DNA of 32,000 nt. Origin: an uncultured Chloroflexia bacterium. Its GTDB lineage: Bacteria > Chloroflexota > Anaerolineae > Anaerolineales > Anaerolineaceae. Positions within the stretch are counted from its first letter, which is position 1. Each line of letters opens with the position of its first letter. Positions 30,801 to 32,000 of this stretch are shown here, piece after piece. The DNA is taken from the NCBI GenBank assembly GCA_963704755.1, contig OY969938.1, forward strand, positions 3,540,001 through 3,572,000, in the 5' to 3' direction. A model generated the notes under the pieces. That model was given only the letters and a program-made list of their open reading frames with translations. It made no database searches and had not been told where the DNA came from. Both the position numbers and the translations under genes were made by a program.

Positions 30801-32000
30801 CGGCCGGCAGGTTGACGTAGTCCTGGAAATCCGCCGTCGAGTCACTGTAGCCGGTATGATCACAGCCGCTGGCGCCGTCATGCTCGACACAGGTCCACGT
30901 CCACGAATCCAGTTGGGCGGGGAAAGCGTCGTCCAGTACGGCGTTATTGGCATCCGAGGGGCCGTCGTTGCCGATGGTTACGGTGTAGGTCAGTTGGCTC
31001 TGGCCGGGGATGTAGCTGGTCACCCCATCGGTTTTGGTGACCCACAATTCCGCCTGTGGCGTGAAGGTATCGGTATCCGTCGAGGAATCCGAGCTGAGAG
31101 TGGCGGTTACACTGGCGGTATTGGCCAGGTTACCGGTCTGGTCGGAGGCGATCTTGTCCGGAGTGGTTACGGTGTAGACGATCGAAGAACCGGCCGGCAG
31201 GTTGACAAGATCATCGAAGTTCGCCGTAGAATCGCTATAGCCGGTGTTGTCGCAGCCGTTGGCGCCGTCATTCTCCACACAGGTCCAGGTCCAGGAGCTG
31301 ATTTGAGTCGGGAGGATGTCGGTCACTTCGGCGCCGGTGACATCCGACGGGCCGGCGTTGCTGACAGTGATCGTGTAGGTCGGTTGGGACTGGCCGGGGG
31401 TATAGGCACCGGTCCCATCGGTTTTGCTGATGCTCAACGTCGCAGCGGCTACGGCTGTGTCCGTGTCGGTGGCCGAATTGTCGTCCGTGTTGGATTCCGT
31501 CTCTCCGGGCCCACGGGCCACGCTGGCCGTATTGGCCAAATCGGACGTGAGCGCGGAGTTGGTTTTGGCGACCACGGTATAAGTAATCGTTTCGCCGGCA
31601 GGCAGGTCGACGGTATCGCTGAAGTCGGCACTATTTTCAGCAGCCTCATGACAGGTAGCATCGCCAGTCGGGCTACAGGTCCAGGTCCAGGAGGTGATTT
31701 CAGGCGGTTTGGCGTCCGTGACGACCGCCCCGAACGAATCGGAGGGGCCGGCGTTGCTGACCACGATGGAGTAGGTCACGTCGGTGCCGGGGGTGTAGGT
31801 CGTAACAGTAGCCCCATCGGTTTTGGTCAGGCTCAACGCTACTTCCGGGGCGGCATCGTCGCTTTCGGAACTGCTGTTATTGCCGGGGGTGGGATCTTCC
31901 GTTCCGGTCGCTCCGGAGACCGCGACTGTGGCGGTGTTGGTCAGCGTGCCGCGGAAAGAAGATTTGGTCAAGGCCGTCACGGTATAGGTGATCGAGCCGC
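27826..32000 (-). CDS. Giant DUF11-repeat surface protein; 5' end outside the window
   Basis: There are at least 7 modules of ~130 aa with the DUF11/TIGR01451 pattern (L.vsKTDG...Y.PGq.ltYTi.vsNaGPSD...a.v.D..P.q..sWtWtC....GasgC.....s..F.D.V.LPAGssitYTVt), then 2 more divergent modules and a ~120-aa C-terminal domain. The frame stays open upstream of the track's GTG 31980 (...GSITYTV TALTK), so the gene continues beyond nt 32000. Confidence 0.9.
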   Translation of the reverse strand, partial: GSITYTVTALTKSSFRGTLTNTATVAVSGATGTEDPTPGNNSSSESDDAAPEVALSLTKTDGATVTTYTPGTDVTYSIVVSNAGPSDSFGAVVTDAKPPEITSWTWTCSPTGDATCHEAAENSADFSDTVDLPAGETITYTVVAKTNSALTSDLANTASVARGPGETESNTDDNSATDTDTAVAAATLSISKTDGTGAYTPGQSQPTYTITVSNAGPSDVTGAEVTDILPTQISSWTWTCVENDGANGCDNTGYSDSTANFDDLVNLPAGSSIVYTVTTPDKIASDQTGNLANTASVTATLSSDSSTDTDTFTPQAELWVTKTDGVTSYIPGQSQLTYTVTIGNDGPSDANNAVLDDAFPAQLDSWTWTCVEHDGASGCDHTGYSDSTADFQDYVNLPAGSSITYTVTSPTIASDKTGSLVNTATITPPAGVTDPGVKANTVTDSDSSASQADIVVTKTDGLDSYIPGTPLTYTVVVSNDGPSDAAAVDFSDPLPAQFDTWSWTCVASGATGCADGSGSSAISQTLAMPNGSSVTYTINATPRSNASGDLVNTASATASAPAGISDPDSTNNTDISDTDTANPTVALSVSKDDHSDSYAPGATVTYTIVVANAGPSDSVGAVVADAKPAQVTSWTWTCSEADGASDCDNTGYVNSSDDFNDTVSLPAGASITYTVAAKTDSSLTSELTNTVTVTRGTGEAETDTSNNSATDTDSAGSYAVLSVSKTDGLTSYIPGQTQLTYTVVLSNAGPSDVPAATLTDSKPAQLDSWSWACSDATGGASGCDAGTANSFTDTVNLPAGSSLTYTVTSPTIGADKGGNLVNTATLTSPISADATAEDSDAADPQADLVVTKTDTDGLSSYLPGQPLTYTLTVDNNGPSDAQDVQLSDPLPTDVSYISASGTGWTCGDTVNPDSSETVNCTLSSSLASGDETSVTLVVMVHPEFYGTLSNTATVSASTSDPDGSNNTSTSDVTIEQAPVISATKTATLIDQDGDGLIGPGDILEYTIAIHNAGSADAANVVFSDQPDEHTTLVAGSVSADTGGTVAVGNTSGDTTVEVDIPSITALGGDYTLTFQVQIESPLAAGLTQVSNQGQVSGDNFAPLTTDDPGTITPDDPTITPVGAPQIVATKSVMLSNDADHNGLINPGDSVLYTIHMTNSGTISALSLVVDDTPDPNTDLQAGTVTSDVGTILQGNTSGDSSVQIDLGDFDPSATATITYVVRIHDAPLPAGVTTIANQAVLSATNMIDGVTDDPGTSTPSDPTDTAISNPTAVTLLYFKATAQSNDTDILVTWATATEIDNVGFYLYRAPVNDFSQAEQLTYVPSEATGSENNGASYQYTDTPPGTGIWYYWLEDVDTHGVATPHSLYPISAILGEIPGDYHLYLPFVVR

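Noticed and set aside
27826-32000. Periodic DNA repeats that could be mistaken for a CRISPR array or a satellite
   Set aside because: The period is ~390-400 nt. The repeats are divergent, in frame, and translate into DUF11 modules. There are no short identical repeats with unique spacers.

Overview
This is a high-GC (~60%) bacterial chromosomal segment. It may come from a filamentous Chloroflexota-like lineage, but that is only a guess from the TP-rich linkers and the gene families. Almost all real genes are on the minus strand.

**Contractile injection system, 1-16704.** This is one tightly packed operon for a phage-tail-like contractile injection system (eCIS/CIS). In transcription order it encodes:
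- a DUF4157 HExxH protein (candidate effector) and a DUF4255 cap
- the sheath and two gp19-type tube proteins
- a gpE-like tail assembly chaperone with an apparent -1 frameshift extension on a G8 run
- a 58-aa micro-ORF and a third tube-like protein
- an 838-aa proline-rich protein in the tape-measure slot
- a LysM tube initiator, a VgrG-like spike, PAAR and gp25
- baseplate J and a gpI-like wedge protein that runs off the left edge

**Regulator and ATPase.** A plus-strand SARP/BTAD-NTPase-TPR regulator (16962-20387) separates the operon from its Afp15-type AAA+ ATPase (20359-22509). The ATPase gene sits behind an MFS transporter gene and a near-consensus promoter.

**Surface-protein operon, 24237-32000.** This is a second operon: a giant DUF11-repeat surface protein (5' end outside the window), a C25 gingipain-like peptidase and a sortase. 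The first two proteins end in the same short tail, YHL..LP.V.R.

**Not seen.** There is no capsid, portal, terminase, integrase, transposase, CRISPR, tRNA or rRNA. All family assignments rest on motif recognition by eye, since no searches could be run.
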